A stretch of 64,000 nucleotides of DNA. Source: Planctomycetota bacterium (lineage in GTDB: Bacteria; Planctomycetota; Phycisphaerae; WQYP01). Both the position numbers and the translations under genes were made by a program. Below the pieces are notes generated by a model, which searched no databases, was not told the origin of the DNA, and saw only the letters and a program-made list of their open reading frames with translations. This document shows positions 38,875 through 49,943 of the stretch, piece by piece (the stretch's first letter is position 1; the number at the start of each line of letters is the position of its first letter). The stretch lies in the NCBI GenBank assembly GCA_021805985.1, contig JAJZDN010000006.1, forward strand, positions 5,786 to 69,785, given 5' to 3'.

Positions 38875-40080
38875 ATGGTGCTGAAGATGTTTATTGACGA
38901 AGCAGAAATTGAAGTATTTGCGGGCAAAGGGGGCAACGGGTGCGTTTCCATGCGCCGGGAGAAATATATTCCCCTGGGTGGGCCAGATGGTGGTGATGGC
39001 GGCAGAGGGGGTAGCGTCTATCTGGAAGCGACAGAGGGCGTGGATACTCTGCTGGATATGGTTGGGCGGCATCATTGGCGGGCGGGCAGCGGCGAAAACG
39101 GTCAGGGCAAGAAAAAGGCCGGCAGCGATGGCAACGATCTGGTGATTCGTCTACCGGCGGGAACAATGGTCTATGACGCGCTTACCGGCTTACTGTTGGT
39201 GGATTTGCTGCCGGTGGGAAAACGGGCGATGGTGGCCCGGGGTGGAAAAGGCGGACGGGGCAATTTGCAATTTACATCGTCGGTGCGGCAGGCACCGGAT
39301 TTTGCCGAACCGGGGGAACCGGGGCAGAATCGAAAATTAAAATTCCAACTCAAGCTCATTGCGGATGTCGGCTTGATCGGCAAGCCTAATGCTGGTAAAT
39401 CGACCCTGCTGTCACGGTTATCCGCGGCGCGGCCGAAAATTGCAGATTATCCTTTTACAACCCTTAAGCCTCAGCTAGGCATTGCGGAACTCGATATGGA
39501 ACGCCGCCTGGTGCTGGCCGATATTCCAGGTTTGATTGAAGGTGCGTCGGAAGGGGCGGGATTGGGATTGGATTTTCTGCGGCATATTGAACGCACGCGT
39601 GTGCTGGTGCATTTGTTAGATATGGTTCCCATGGATGAAACGGCCCCCATTGACAGCTACCATGCCATACGCGCAGAACTTGCCGCCTACAGCCCTAAAC
39701 TGGCGGCCAAACCCGAAATTCTCGTCGCCAATAAAATGGACCTCACTGGGGCATCGGAAGCACTGGCGGATTTGCGCACCGCGTTACCCGGAAAACAGAT
39801 TCTGGCGGTTAGTGCCGCCACCGGCACGGGCTTGCGGCCATTGCTGGAAGATTTGTGGCAGCTTATTATTGCCACTCCGGCGGGCGAAGCGTTTGAGGAA
39901 GCGCCGCCGATGATCGCGGTGAACCTGGATCGTGTGCGGGAAGCTTCCGCCAAACTGGCCGATGCGCAGTTGGCGGCGGAAGTGGAAGCGATCAAAGCGG
40001 ATGATGTTCGCAAGGGCAAGTACTATCGGCGTACCAAAGCGGATCGAACCAGAGACCGCAATAAGAAGAGACTTTCATAA
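38875..40080 (+). CDS. obg: GTPase Obg/CgtA
   Basis: Obg fold Gly-rich N-domain FAGKGGNGCVSMRREKYIPLGGPDGGDGGRGGSVYL. G-domain GLIGKPNAGKST, DIPGLIEGA and NKMD motifs. Lys/Arg-rich tail. Confidence 0.9.
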   Translation: MVLKMFIDEAEIEVFAGKGGNGCVSMRREKYIPLGGPDGGDGGRGGSVYLEATEGVDTLLDMVGRHHWRAGSGENGQGKKKAGSDGNDLVIRLPAGTMVYDALTGLLLVDLLPVGKRAMVARGGKGGRGNLQFTSSVRQAPDFAEPGEPGQNRKLKFQLKLIADVGLIGKPNAGKSTLLSRLSAARPKIADYPFTTLKPQLGIAELDMERRLVLADIPGLIEGASEGAGLGLDFLRHIERTRVLVHLLDMVPMDETAPIDSYHAIRAELAAYSPKLAAKPEILVANKMDLTGASEALADLRTALPGKQILAVSAATGTGLRPLLEDLWQLIIATPAGEAFEEAPPMIAVNLDRVREASAKLADAQLAAEVEAIKADDVRKGKYYRRTKADRTRDRNKKRLS

Positions 40081-40098
40081 CAGCTATGGAGCGCATTT

Positions 40099-40881
40099 GT
40101 GAGTGTGATTGCCATTGACATAGGAAACACGCGCATTGGCGTGGGATTATTTACGGCCGGGAAAAACGCCGACCCGGCCCTGCGTTTCAATCATTCAGAT
40201 ATTCAATCCGAGATGCTGGCGTATCTTGAAAAGCTTTGCAGCGGCATAACCGATGGCGGACGGCGGCCAGATGGGGTGGTATTGGCCAGTGTCGCACCCG
40301 AATGGACCGACCGCGTCGCAGAACTCATCAGCAATCACTGCTCAATGACGCCGGAAATTGTGGGCACGGATTTGAAAATTCCTGTGCAAACCAATCTGAC
40401 CGATGACTCTACAGTAGGTGTGGACCGTCTGCTTGGAGCACTGTGCGCGTATGTGAATACCGAGCAGGCGTGCGTCATTATCAGTGCGGGGACTGCCTTG
40501 GTGGTGGATTGTATTGATGATGCGGGGACTTTTCTTGGCGGAGCTATTGCGCCGGGCCTGGCAATGGCGGCCAAGGCCATGCATACGGGCACAGCGCAAC
40601 TTCCCATGGCGAATCTGGATTTGCCGCAGGAACCCTTTGGCCGCGACACGATGGAAGCATTGAATCTCGGGGCGTATGCGGCCATCCGCGGCGCGGCAGC
40701 ATATCTTCTGGAACGCTACGCGGAAAAGCTTGGTCATTGGCCCCATGTGGTAGGCACCGGCGGGGATGCGATGCGCGCGTTTGGCAACAGCGGCATGGTG
40801 GATTCGTTTATTCCCGATCTGGTCCTGCAAGGTGCCGCCCTGGTCTGGGAACATCATCACGGGGAAGACCACACAAGTTGA
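40099..40881 (+). CDS. coaX: type III pantothenate kinase
   Basis: (M/V)SVIAIDIGNTRIGVGLF is the CoaX N-terminal ASKHA motif. GTG start. Confidence 0.85.
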   Translation: MSVIAIDIGNTRIGVGLFTAGKNADPALRFNHSDIQSEMLAYLEKLCSGITDGGRRPDGVVLASVAPEWTDRVAELISNHCSMTPEIVGTDLKIPVQTNLTDDSTVGVDRLLGALCAYVNTEQACVIISAGTALVVDCIDDAGTFLGGAIAPGLAMAAKAMHTGTAQLPMANLDLPQEPFGRDTMEALNLGAYAAIRGAAAYLLERYAEKLGHWPHVVGTGGDAMRAFGNSGMVDSFIPDLVLQGAALVWEHHHGEDHTS

Positions 40882-41127
40882 GCAGCCCGTACGCGCCCGC
40901 CCAGAACGGCTCCCATGGCGGAAAACGCAACGTATAGAAAGTGCAAACGCAAGCAAGATAAGGCCGTCGATTTCACATTCGCGCTGTCATCACGGCCCCG
41001 GCGCCGGGAAATCAAAAAATAAATCTTAAAATCAACGGGGCGGTATTTACTACCCGGTAAATATGCGGTACGATTCAAAGTCTCAAATCATGGTTCGCCT
41101 CGGTGCGGACGATGCAGGAGTGACGCG

Positions 41128-43440
41128 ATGAGCCGATGGGCGGCAATATTGTTATTGGTTGTATTTTTCGCGGCGCCTTCACGCGCGTCGGCGGGTACGG
41201 TGAAGTTGCAAACGGTATCCGCGGCGACGCTGGCGGCGCGGGGCAACCGCTGGAATGCCGCCATTGCGGGATTCACCAATGCAACCTATCAGGCAGTGCA
41301 TGCGGATTTATTTGTCCGACTGGATCGGATGTCCAATGTGGAATTTGTAGAGCCGATCTGGCTGCCGGCCCGCAGTGATGAAACCATTTCCCTGCCCGTA
41401 TTTTGCCCCTTTCCGCGCCCGGGGAAAAAAGTCCTCAACTACACCGCGTGGCTGGCCACCGGGGCATCGGGTCATATTATCGCGCGAAATACTGGAAGCA
41501 TGTTTACTCCCGCGGCGCGCTACCCCACCATGGCCGTGACGAATGGCGATGATCAATCCACGGCTGATCTTGCCGTGCAGATTCGCAAACAGGAAGGGCT
41601 TTCATCGGTCATTGCCTATACCAACGCGTCACACATGCCGTATATGCCCTCGGAATATGACGGTGTTTACGCGGTTTTCGCCGCCCGGCGGCACATGGAA
41701 CTCACCGGCCCGCAACGCAACGCGCTACGCCGCTGGCTAGTGTCCGGAGGGCGGCTATGGATTCAGGCGCAAAGAGTCAGGAACCGTTTTGGTCAAGCGC
41801 TGTTAGGACCAGCCTGGACGATTGTAAAAGTCGGACAGACCCATACGGCCACACTGCATTTTTCCGGGCGGGGAATGCAAAATTCCGTGCTGCATCTGAA
41901 AAAAGCGATCCACATGGTATATCTGCTGGCATCCGGATATACCACACTGGCAAAAGTCAATGGCTGGCCAGCCGTGATGGTGCGGCGTGTCGGGCTGGGA
42001 CGCGTATATATTTGCGCGGTCAACGGGCGGGGAATGCTCAACAAAATGAAAAAGGGCGGTGCGGTCCTTTGGCCGGTCGTCCGGAATTTTTATTCTGCTG
42101 GCGGCATCCATGTCCCTGCGGCTATTGTCAAGCATAACGCCACGTCACAAATTGGATATCGCATTTCCGGTCGCATGATTATCGGTGTCGTGCTGGTGGG
42201 TTTGACGGTTGTACTGCTCCTGGCGGCTTTTGTGCTGGGGCGCAAGGATAAGTTGGAGCGGCTGGCACCGGCAGCCATTGCGTTGGCAGTGGTGGCGGGC
42301 ATTATTCTTATCATCAATGGCAAGCTCAATCGCGGGCGGGTGAAGTTGACGCTTTCATCGTACCAGATCGCCTGTGCCGCACCCCAGGAGCATTTGCTGT
42401 CGATCAGCGGTTTTGCCTCCATTTTTTCGCCAAAGGCGCAGGCGGCAGAACTCACGACGTCCTCGGGGTTTCAACTGAATCCCAAGACCAGTTTCGCCAA
42501 GCAGTCCAGCGTGCGGGTAGCGGCACAAAATAATCAGAAACTCCAGTGGCAAAATTTACAGTTGCCTTCTGGCGCAGCAATTAATATTCCGTATATCAGC
42601 ACCCGCGCCGACCGCCTGCTTCAACCGGTTGTTGGACGGTTCGGGCCGGGGGGCTTGGAGATTTCCGGGCAGGAATCCTTATTAGCAAATTTACGGGATA
42701 TGGCCATTGCAGCACCGCGCGGAGCGCTGGCCCTGGTGCGTACCGGGAGTGGAAAACGCCTGGCTGGTGCAGCGCAAATTCTGCCCGCCGGTCAATTTAT
42801 CCAGTCTTCCTTTTTAACCCGCAGTCAGCAAAACCATAACGCCATTGAAGCACGTTTGTATAAAGCCGGTGGTCCCGTTGAGCCAGCTTTGCTGGGCTGG
42901 CCGAATTCTGCCATGCCGCTACTGCATCTGACGCATGACCCCGTGGCCATGAATCAAACATTGCTGGTTATGCCTCTGGAAATGAGGGCCACGGCAGCGG
43001 GGACGCACGTGGAATTGCCCTGGCCGTATCTGCCGTACCGATTGGTTCCGGGTTCCGGGCAACATGCTCCGGCTCCGGTATATAACACGCGCAAGCACCG
43101 CTGGCTGAAAAATCTGTCATCTCCGGCGAATATATTTTTGCGTTTTCAATTGCCCCGGCAGGTGCTGCCGGTGAAATTAACCAGCGGCGTATTAACGATT
43201 AAACTCAGTGCTCCGGGACGCCCGGTTTCCGTTCTGGCTTCGGAACAAGGCAAATGGGTGATCATCAGCAGTTCAAGCCATGGCAGCACGATGGTTCTTC
43301 ATCTTACCCCTGCGGCATTGTCCACGATCGGCCCGGCAGGAGGATGGAAGTGTGAGATTATTGTCGGGGGAACTATTGACCCCAACAGCACGTGGCATGT
43401 GACAACGGTCCGTTTAACGGCAGCGGGTACGGTACAATAA
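41128..43440 (+). CDS. large hypothetical membrane-anchored exported protein, first gene of an ABC-2 exporter operon
   Basis: Signal peptide MSRWAAILLLVVFFAAPSRASA. Two internal TM segments around residues 345-400. Co-directional, 38-nt gap before the ABC ATPase gene. Confidence 0.5.
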   Translation: MSRWAAILLLVVFFAAPSRASAGTVKLQTVSAATLAARGNRWNAAIAGFTNATYQAVHADLFVRLDRMSNVEFVEPIWLPARSDETISLPVFCPFPRPGKKVLNYTAWLATGASGHIIARNTGSMFTPAARYPTMAVTNGDDQSTADLAVQIRKQEGLSSVIAYTNASHMPYMPSEYDGVYAVFAARRHMELTGPQRNALRRWLVSGGRLWIQAQRVRNRFGQALLGPAWTIVKVGQTHTATLHFSGRGMQNSVLHLKKAIHMVYLLASGYTTLAKVNGWPAVMVRRVGLGRVYICAVNGRGMLNKMKKGGAVLWPVVRNFYSAGGIHVPAAIVKHNATSQIGYRISGRMIIGVVLVGLTVVLLLAAFVLGRKDKLERLAPAAIALAVVAGIILIINGKLNRGRVKLTLSSYQIACAAPQEHLLSISGFASIFSPKAQAAELTTSSGFQLNPKTSFAKQSSVRVAAQNNQKLQWQNLQLPSGAAINIPYISTRADRLLQPVVGRFGPGGLEISGQESLLANLRDMAIAAPRGALALVRTGSGKRLAGAAQILPAGQFIQSSFLTRSQQNHNAIEARLYKAGGPVEPALLGWPNSAMPLLHLTHDPVAMNQTLLVMPLEMRATAAGTHVELPWPYLPYRLVPGSGQHAPAPVYNTRKHRWLKNLSSPANIFLRFQLPRQVLPVKLTSGVLTIKLSAPGRPVSVLASEQGKWVIISSSSHGSTMVLHLTPAALSTIGPAGGWKCEIIVGGTIDPNSTWHVTTVRLTAAGTVQ

Positions 43441-43478
43441 GCCCCATGGCGGAATTGTAAGTTCCCAATCATACAGGA

Positions 43479-44468
43479 TTGTTTATGAGCGAAGCACCGG
43501 TTGTAGAAACAGTGGAATTGACCAAGGTCTATGGTGAATTCACCGCGCTTGATCATTTAAGCATTCGCCTGGAAAAAGGGCAGATACTGGGTTTCATCGG
43601 GCCTAACGGGGCCGGCAAAACGACCACGATTAAAATTCTCGTCGGATTGATCCGCCCCACCAGCGGGAAAGCGTCCATCGGAGGAGTGGACTGCACTTCC
43701 GATGCGCGCAAAATCAAGCATCTTGTCGGATATATGCCTGATACCTTCGGGTCCTATGACAACATGCGCGTGCGGGAATATCTGGATTTCTTCGGGGCCG
43801 CATTCAAAATTCCCCGCAAACAACGGCAAGATCGTATCAATGCGTCACTGGCTGTTACCGGTGCATCGCACATGGCGGATTTATATGTTGAAAGCCTTTC
43901 CCATGGTATGAAACAGCGCGTGGCCATCGCCCGGACTCTTCTGCATGACCCCCCGGTGCTGATTCTCGATGAGCCGGCCAACGGCCTGGACCCCGCAGCG
44001 CGTGTGGAGATGCGGGAAATTCTCCTGAATCTGGCGCAAAGAGGCAAAACGCTTATTGTCACCAGCCATATTCTGCCGGAGCTGGCGCGGATATGTAATA
44101 TGGTGGCGATTATGACGAATGGAAAGCTCCGGGCGTTTGGCACTCTGGATCAGATTATGCAAAACGTCCGGCATCAGCGCATGATCGAAATACAATTACT
44201 TTCAGAGGATGACGTTACTGCGGCGACGGAAATTTTACGCGAAAATCTCGGCGAGGCGGCGAATGTTACAGCGGCACCCTCTGAAATGATGGTCCGATTT
44301 AACACTGCGGGTAATGAACAGAGTCTGGCTGTAGCGCTGCAACGGTTGGTCTCGGCGCAGGTGCGCGTGAGCCAATTCCGTGAAATGCAGCAGGACCTCG
44401 AAGACGCATTCCTTTCTGTCACACAACAGGACAAGGCGCAAATAGCCGCCGGGGAGACACAGGCGTGA
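43479..44468 (+). CDS. ABC transporter ATP-binding protein (ABC-2 exporter type)
   Basis: Walker A GPNGAGKTT. Signature LSHGMKQRV. Walker B LILDEPANGLD. Confidence 0.85.
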   Translation: MFMSEAPVVETVELTKVYGEFTALDHLSIRLEKGQILGFIGPNGAGKTTTIKILVGLIRPTSGKASIGGVDCTSDARKIKHLVGYMPDTFGSYDNMRVREYLDFFGAAFKIPRKQRQDRINASLAVTGASHMADLYVESLSHGMKQRVAIARTLLHDPPVLILDEPANGLDPAARVEMREILLNLAQRGKTLIVTSHILPELARICNMVAIMTNGKLRAFGTLDQIMQNVRHQRMIEIQLLSEDDVTAATEILRENLGEAANVTAAPSEMMVRFNTAGNEQSLAVALQRLVSAQVRVSQFREMQQDLEDAFLSVTQQDKAQIAAGETQA

Positions 44469-46135
44469 ACAACCCGATTGTACGTCGTGAACTTATCGGT
44501 GCCTTGCGGAAGCCCAACGTGGCCGCACTGGAAGTGGTGTGGTTAGCGGTGCTGGCTGCCGTGATTGTGCTGCGCTGGCCGGCAGGCGGCCGGGTGGATT
44601 TGGCCGGCACGCAGGCGCAACAGGTTTTAAGTCTGCTTTCCTGGACGATTTTAGTAGGCATGATGCTGGTGGCACCGGCGTTTCCCGCGGCATCTGTGGT
44701 TGCGGAAAAGCGCAGCGGTACGCTGGCACTCTTATTGAATTCGCCGCTTTCTCCCGCAGCGATTTATCTGGGCAAACTCATTGGTGCCCTGGGATTGCCC
44801 ATCATTCTTATGTTGCTGACGATTCCCGGCATGACCGCCTGCTTTGCCATGGGTGGGGTGAGTCTGGTGCATCAGGTGTTGCCGCTGTATTTGATCTTTA
44901 TTCTTGTGGCCCTGGAATCCGCCGCCGTGGGGCTGTACGTGAGCATCCGCGTCAATGACGTGGATTCCGGCATACGCCTGACTTACGCCGTGCTATTTGT
45001 CCTGGATTTACTGCTGCTGATCCCCTATCGGTTGGTGGCGGACACGCAAAATCCGACATTTCTACTCATTGGCCGCTGGCTGGCGTCGTTTTCACCGCTT
45101 CCGGCGATGTTGCATGTATTAGGCGCTAATTCCATTCATGCGGGCAATTCTGTAAATGGCGGCACATCCGTTATCACACGCTTTGTGATCTGTTCGCTGG
45201 TGCTTAGCGGCGTGTTGGGGCTGTTGAGCACTCAGCGGCTGGGCCAGTGGCTGTTTGATCGTCCGCGGGCCAGCGGCAAAATCACCGATGACCGCTCAAG
45301 CAAAGTGCAGGCGTATCGCCGGATCATGTACTTATGGTTTTTTGATCCGCAACGCCGCAGCGGCCTGATCGGACCATTCAGCAATCCGGTGATGGTCAAG
45401 GAATTCCGCACCAGCCGCTTTGGTCGCTCGCATTGGATGATGCGCCTGGTGGGAATCTGCCTGATGGTGTCGCTGGGGTTGATGCTGGCGGCGGCGTATG
45501 GTTCCATGAGCTTTCAGCCCCAGACCCTGGGCGAACTGATGGTGATGTTCCAGGTGACGCTGATTGTGCTTATTACACCAAGCTTGTCGGCGGGGCTTAT
45601 AAGTTCCGAATTGCAGAATAAATCCTGGCAGTTGCTGCGGGTCACACCGTTAAGTCCCGCGAGCATTGTTCTGGGGAAACTGTTAAGTGTTTGCCGGACC
45701 CTGCTGCTTTTGCTTTTTGCCACGCTGCCGGGGTATGCCGTCATGCTGGTAATTGATAAAGGCCAGGCGGATAGAGTAGTCACGGTGCTGATTACCCTGG
45801 GATTAATTGCGCTATTTTGCTTAATGGTCAGCAGCGCCATCAGCAGTTGGTTTCGGAAAACCGCGCAAGCCACAGCACTTTCCTACGCAATTTTGCTGGC
45901 GCTGTTCGGGGGCACACTGGTATTCTGGGCGGGGCGTGGAACGCTTTTCTCTTTAAGCCTTGTGGCGGGAATTCTTAAATATAATCCGCTGGCGGCGGCA
46001 TTGGCCACCATTCATGCGCCGGGCTTCAGTGATTATAACTTTGTGCTGACCAACTGGTGGTTCATGCTGACGGTCATGGGTGTTGCCGCGGTTATTCTGG
46101 TATTCCGGACCTGGCAATTAACCCGGCCCGATTAG
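44465..46135 (+). CDS. ABC-2 family transporter permease
   Basis: Polytopic (about 12 TM). GTG start overlaps the ATPase stop (GTGA). Confidence 0.7.
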   Translation: MNNPIVRRELIGALRKPNVAALEVVWLAVLAAVIVLRWPAGGRVDLAGTQAQQVLSLLSWTILVGMMLVAPAFPAASVVAEKRSGTLALLLNSPLSPAAIYLGKLIGALGLPIILMLLTIPGMTACFAMGGVSLVHQVLPLYLIFILVALESAAVGLYVSIRVNDVDSGIRLTYAVLFVLDLLLLIPYRLVADTQNPTFLLIGRWLASFSPLPAMLHVLGANSIHAGNSVNGGTSVITRFVICSLVLSGVLGLLSTQRLGQWLFDRPRASGKITDDRSSKVQAYRRIMYLWFFDPQRRSGLIGPFSNPVMVKEFRTSRFGRSHWMMRLVGICLMVSLGLMLAAAYGSMSFQPQTLGELMVMFQVTLIVLITPSLSAGLISSELQNKSWQLLRVTPLSPASIVLGKLLSVCRTLLLLLFATLPGYAVMLVIDKGQADRVVTVLITLGLIALFCLMVSSAISSWFRKTAQATALSYAILLALFGGTLVFWAGRGTLFSLSLVAGILKYNPLAAALATIHAPGFSDYNFVLTNWWFMLTVMGVAAVILVFRTWQLTRPD

Positions 46136-46142
46136 TTGATGC

Positions 46143-47987
46143 GTGATGTCGATCCGTATGGGTGATATATTCATGAAACAGGCTTTGACTGCCTTGGCGA
46201 AATGTTCCTGCCGCGGAATTCCCCGCGCTACGGCGGTGGTTCTTCTGGGATGCTGCAGTGTTGGCGCACAAGCCGCCGCTACCACCAACGGCATTGGCAA
46301 TCCGATGCTGGATTTACCCCAGTTGCCGCGACTGCAGGCACAAAAGACTTTTAATCCACAATTGACCCATCTCTGGCATGTGGCCTTGCAGCAGAACATT
46401 CCCGAAGTTATCACCAGCACCTGTGTCGCCATTGACGCAGGGATAAAAAATAAGGTGCCGGACCTCCACGCGCTGCTGCCATCCTTGGAACATCTGGCAG
46501 TTTCCAAGACCCTCCCGTTGACCGTCAGAATGTCGGTGGTCAGGGCGCTCGTTGAAATTTCTGATCAACATACGCAAGCGATTCTGGTACATCTGGATTC
46601 CGCACAGCCATCGGCCTTTGCACAGATTGTGGATCCACTGCTGGCGAAATGGCACACGGTGTCCATGCGCAACATTTGGATAGCACGGGTGAAAAACCCG
46701 TCTGCGGAATTGCAGGTAAAGGTCTCGGCCGCCAAAGCCTTGGGGGCAGCCGGTGATCATCAGGCCAATGCGGTGTTGAAAAACGTGGTTCAAAACGCCG
46801 GAGAGCCACTAGTTTTGCGTTTTGCCGCGGCCCAATCTCTGGCGAAATTGCGGGCCAGCGGTGTTGCCGCATTAAGCAAAAGCATGTTGAAAACCCAGGG
46901 CCACAGTGTGCCGCAGCGGTTGCTCATTTGCAGCATGCTCGCAGGCTCAAAGACGGCTTTACAACGAAAAATGCTTCTGGGTTTTGCGGGGGATTCCAAC
47001 TCGGCCGTAGCGGCGATTGCCTGGCGGGCATTAATCAAAACGGATGTCCATGCGTTGCAGGCTTTGGCATCGCACATGAGCGGTAATGCGGATCCCACGA
47101 TTCGGCTGCTGGTGGCGAAAGCCTGGCGACGCATCGGAGGAAATAAATCCATTGATGGCCTGGGCACCACGCTTAATGACCAGCGGCGGCCGGTACGCTG
47201 GTATGCGCGTGATGCGCTGATTTTTCTTGGATCGCACGGGCAGAGCCGCATGAAGGTCATTGATACGTGCCGTGTGATTATTCACGGCAGTGATCCGCGG
47301 GCAATTCGCCAGGCCTGCCTGGTGCTGGGCAAGTTGGACGACAAAGCCTCGGCCAATGATTTTGTTTCGCTGTTATCCAATAAAAGCCCGGCGGTTCGGT
47401 TAGGCGCTGTGGTAGCGCTGCGGCGCGTGTCGATTGCCCGCACGCTGCCGGCGGTGTTGAAGTTTGCCCAAAGCACAGCAAAAAATTCCCAGTTTGCGTC
47501 GGCTAATTTGAACAAGCCAGGCTATGCGGTGCAGTTGAATGAGGATAATCTGCAGCTTTCGCAGGCGTTTGAGTTTTTTGGCCTGACGCACTATGCGCCG
47601 GCGTTGTCGGTGATGATTCCCTGCATCCCGAAACATGCCCCCTATGGCATTGAAGCGCGGCAGGCGGCAATCTGGGCCATTGGTATGATTGATAATGGAC
47701 AAAACCATCCGAAGCTGGCAAGAGAGTTGGCGGGGCGTCTGGATGATATGGAAATGCCCATTCCGGAATTTGAACAGGTGCGTGAAATGTCCGCAATTAC
47801 ACTGGGACGGATCCATGCCAAAGCTCGCCTTACTGATCTTAACGCTTCCTATACCGCTGGGGATATTGGTCCACTTTCGCTGGCGTGCCGCTGGGCCATC
47901 GGAAAAATCACGGGCAAATTGCCGCCCTTACCTCATGCAACGACCCTGTTTCAAGCCGGATTCCTCGTGCCGTTGTCGCAGCATTGA
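46143..47987 (+). CDS. HEAT/PBS-lyase repeat protein, secreted
   Basis: Signal peptide. Repeated ~30-aa units with ...VR..A..ALG.IG... patterns (VRLGAVVALRRV, IRLLVAKAWRRIG, LRFAAAQSLAKL). Confidence 0.55.
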   Translation: MMSIRMGDIFMKQALTALAKCSCRGIPRATAVVLLGCCSVGAQAAATTNGIGNPMLDLPQLPRLQAQKTFNPQLTHLWHVALQQNIPEVITSTCVAIDAGIKNKVPDLHALLPSLEHLAVSKTLPLTVRMSVVRALVEISDQHTQAILVHLDSAQPSAFAQIVDPLLAKWHTVSMRNIWIARVKNPSAELQVKVSAAKALGAAGDHQANAVLKNVVQNAGEPLVLRFAAAQSLAKLRASGVAALSKSMLKTQGHSVPQRLLICSMLAGSKTALQRKMLLGFAGDSNSAVAAIAWRALIKTDVHALQALASHMSGNADPTIRLLVAKAWRRIGGNKSIDGLGTTLNDQRRPVRWYARDALIFLGSHGQSRMKVIDTCRVIIHGSDPRAIRQACLVLGKLDDKASANDFVSLLSNKSPAVRLGAVVALRRVSIARTLPAVLKFAQSTAKNSQFASANLNKPGYAVQLNEDNLQLSQAFEFFGLTHYAPALSVMIPCIPKHAPYGIEARQAAIWAIGMIDNGQNHPKLARELAGRLDDMEMPIPEFEQVREMSAITLGRIHAKARLTDLNASYTAGDIGPLSLACRWAIGKITGKLPPLPHATTLFQAGFLVPLSQH

Positions 47988-48024
47988 TGCGGCATCAGGA
48001 ACAAGGTTTGGGGCACCGCGGAAC

Positions 48025-48915
48025 ATGCGATTAAATATCTTCCGGGTATTGCTGTTGATTTCTGTGCCCCTGGCTTTGGCGGGTTGTGCTAAAACTACTG
48101 TCATCAAGCATCGCACCGGTCCGCGAATTGTCAGCACGGATCCATCGGCCACGCAGATATTACTGCAAATTGGTGCCGGCAAAACGATCGTCGGGGTTTC
48201 TCCATGGGACAAACCCCTGTTGCCAAAATCCATGGGAGATTTGCCCGTTGTAGGCGGGTACCTGCATCTCGATGAAGAATTGGTGGTGCGACTGGCACCC
48301 ACTGCATTGATTCTTCAGCAGGCTCCAGAGCGTGTGGAGCCGGGGGTTCTCGCCATGGCGCGGCAAAATGGAATTCGCATTGTGAACATCAAAATTAACA
48401 CGTTTCATCAACTTTTTGCCGTCGTGCGAACGCTGGGCGGAATCAGCGGCTGCCAAAAACCGGCGGCGGCGGCGATTCATACGCTGCAATCAGAGTTAAA
48501 AATTCTGGCCACGCATCGCCCTAAAAATCCGCCGCGTGTGGTATATATAATCTCCACCAGACCGATCCGGGTGGTGGGAGCGGATAACTTTATGGATCAG
48601 GAAATAACCTTAGCGGGCGGAAATAATGTGGCCCAACGTTGCGGCGACGGATTTCCCGCCATCACGCGCGGCACACTGGTGCGTTTGAATCCGCAGATTC
48701 TCCTGATCTCCAAGCCCGGCCAGCCGGCGGCATCCGGGCCAGAGGATCCGCGGTTAAAGCCATGGCTGACATTACCCCTTGCCGCTGCCCGAGCCAAACG
48801 TGTGGATTTAATAACCTGGCCGCAGGCCCAGATGCTCACGCTGCATGTTGGCCGCATGATTGATCGTCTCCGGAAATTAATCTACGCGCCGGCCAGCGCA
48901 GGGGGCGTGCAATGA
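48025..48915 (+). CDS. ABC transporter periplasmic substrate-binding protein (BtuF/FhuD-like, cluster A-II)
   Basis: Lipoprotein signal MRLNIFRVLLLISVPLALAGC. BtuF-like pattern TIVGVSPWDKP and later an RLNPQILLIS-type motif. Start trimmed from the ORF-track extension that overlapped the previous gene. Confidence 0.7.
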   Translation: MRLNIFRVLLLISVPLALAGCAKTTVIKHRTGPRIVSTDPSATQILLQIGAGKTIVGVSPWDKPLLPKSMGDLPVVGGYLHLDEELVVRLAPTALILQQAPERVEPGVLAMARQNGIRIVNIKINTFHQLFAVVRTLGGISGCQKPAAAAIHTLQSELKILATHRPKNPPRVVYIISTRPIRVVGADNFMDQEITLAGGNNVAQRCGDGFPAITRGTLVRLNPQILLISKPGQPAASGPEDPRLKPWLTLPLAAARAKRVDLITWPQAQMLTLHVGRMIDRLRKLIYAPASAGGVQ

Positions 48916-49943
48916 AAGATTCTAAACCGTTAAGCTTGAAGTTTTTGGCTCTGGGTGCGGTCGCCATGACACTTTTGATATTCGCGTGTTGCCTGGCGAT
49001 CGGCCCCGGCGATCCTGGGCAACGGAGTGTTTCCATTGGATTTCCCGGATGGGCCATTCTGCAACTGCGCCTCACGCGCGTAGCGGCCGCGGCGATTGCG
49101 GGAGGGGCTTTGGGGCTTGCCGGAGTATTGCTGCAGGGCTTGTTGCGTAATCCGCTGGCTGACCCCTTTGTTCTGGGCATTTCCAGCGGGTCCACGGTCG
49201 GGGTGATGATCTGGATTGTTTTCGGAGAGGTCCTTGTACAATCCTTTGCCGGACATCCGTGGCTGGTGAACTTTTTTTCCGATGGCCAGAGTATTCCAGC
49301 TCTCGCCGGGGCGATTGCGGCGACGTTGCTGGTTTTTCTCCTGGGGCGGCGCAATGGAATACTCCAGCCTATGACGCTGATACTTTCCGGCGTGGTAATT
49401 AGCACCATCGGCGGTGCCTTGGTGATGTTATTAAATAATATGGTGCCCTACGGAGCCAGAGCGGATATTTTAAGTTACATGTTCGGTTATATCAGTGAAG
49501 GTACTTCCCATACGCTGCTTGTGACCGCTGGGATAGCTTTGGCCATCGCGTGGGCCAGCGCATTGACGCTGGGCGGTGCGATGAATATAGCTTCGTTTTC
49601 CGATGCCGAAGCCCACAGCCTGGGAATAAACTTATCTTCCCTGCGATTAACCGCGTTTGCCTTAGCCGCACTGGCCACCGCGGCTTCCATTACCGTGGCC
49701 GGCCCGATCGGTTTTGTCGGGTTAATCTGTCCGCATGTGTGCCGGGGAATTTTTGGGCCGGATCAGCGGCAGTTGTTGATCACCAGTCCTCTGCTGGCGG
49801 CCATATTTCTGATGCTTGCCGATACATTTGTCCGAAGCACCGGTGCCTGGTTCCACGGTGAATTGCCCGTGGGGGTAATCACTGCTTTGTGCGGTGGTCC
49901 ATTTTTCCTGTATCTGCTGCAGCGCCGGCGGATATGGATGTAA
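48912..49943 (+). CDS. FecCD-family ABC permease (BtuC/FhuB-like)
   Basis: Polytopic. Typical FecCD composition and glycine-rich TM core. Overlaps the substrate-binding gene stop by 4 nt. Confidence 0.8.
   Translation: MKDSKPLSLKFLALGAVAMTLLIFACCLAIGPGDPGQRSVSIGFPGWAILQLRLTRVAAAAIAGGALGLAGVLLQGLLRNPLADPFVLGISSGSTVGVMIWIVFGEVLVQSFAGHPWLVNFFSDGQSIPALAGAIAATLLVFLLGRRNGILQPMTLILSGVVISTIGGALVMLLNNMVPYGARADILSYMFGYISEGTSHTLLVTAGIALAIAWASALTLGGAMNIASFSDAEAHSLGINLSSLRLTAFALAALATAASITVAGPIGFVGLICPHVCRGIFGPDQRQLLITSPLLAAIFLMLADTFVRSTGAWFHGELPVGVITALCGGPFFLYLLQRRRIWM

Noticed and set aside
47689-48024. N-terminal 112-codon extension of the substrate-binding-protein ORF, overlapping the HEAT-repeat gene
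   Set aside because: The extension overlaps the 3' end of the preceding gene in another frame. The internal Met (MRLNIF...) begins a perfect lipoprotein signal peptide, so the extension is an ORF-caller artefact.
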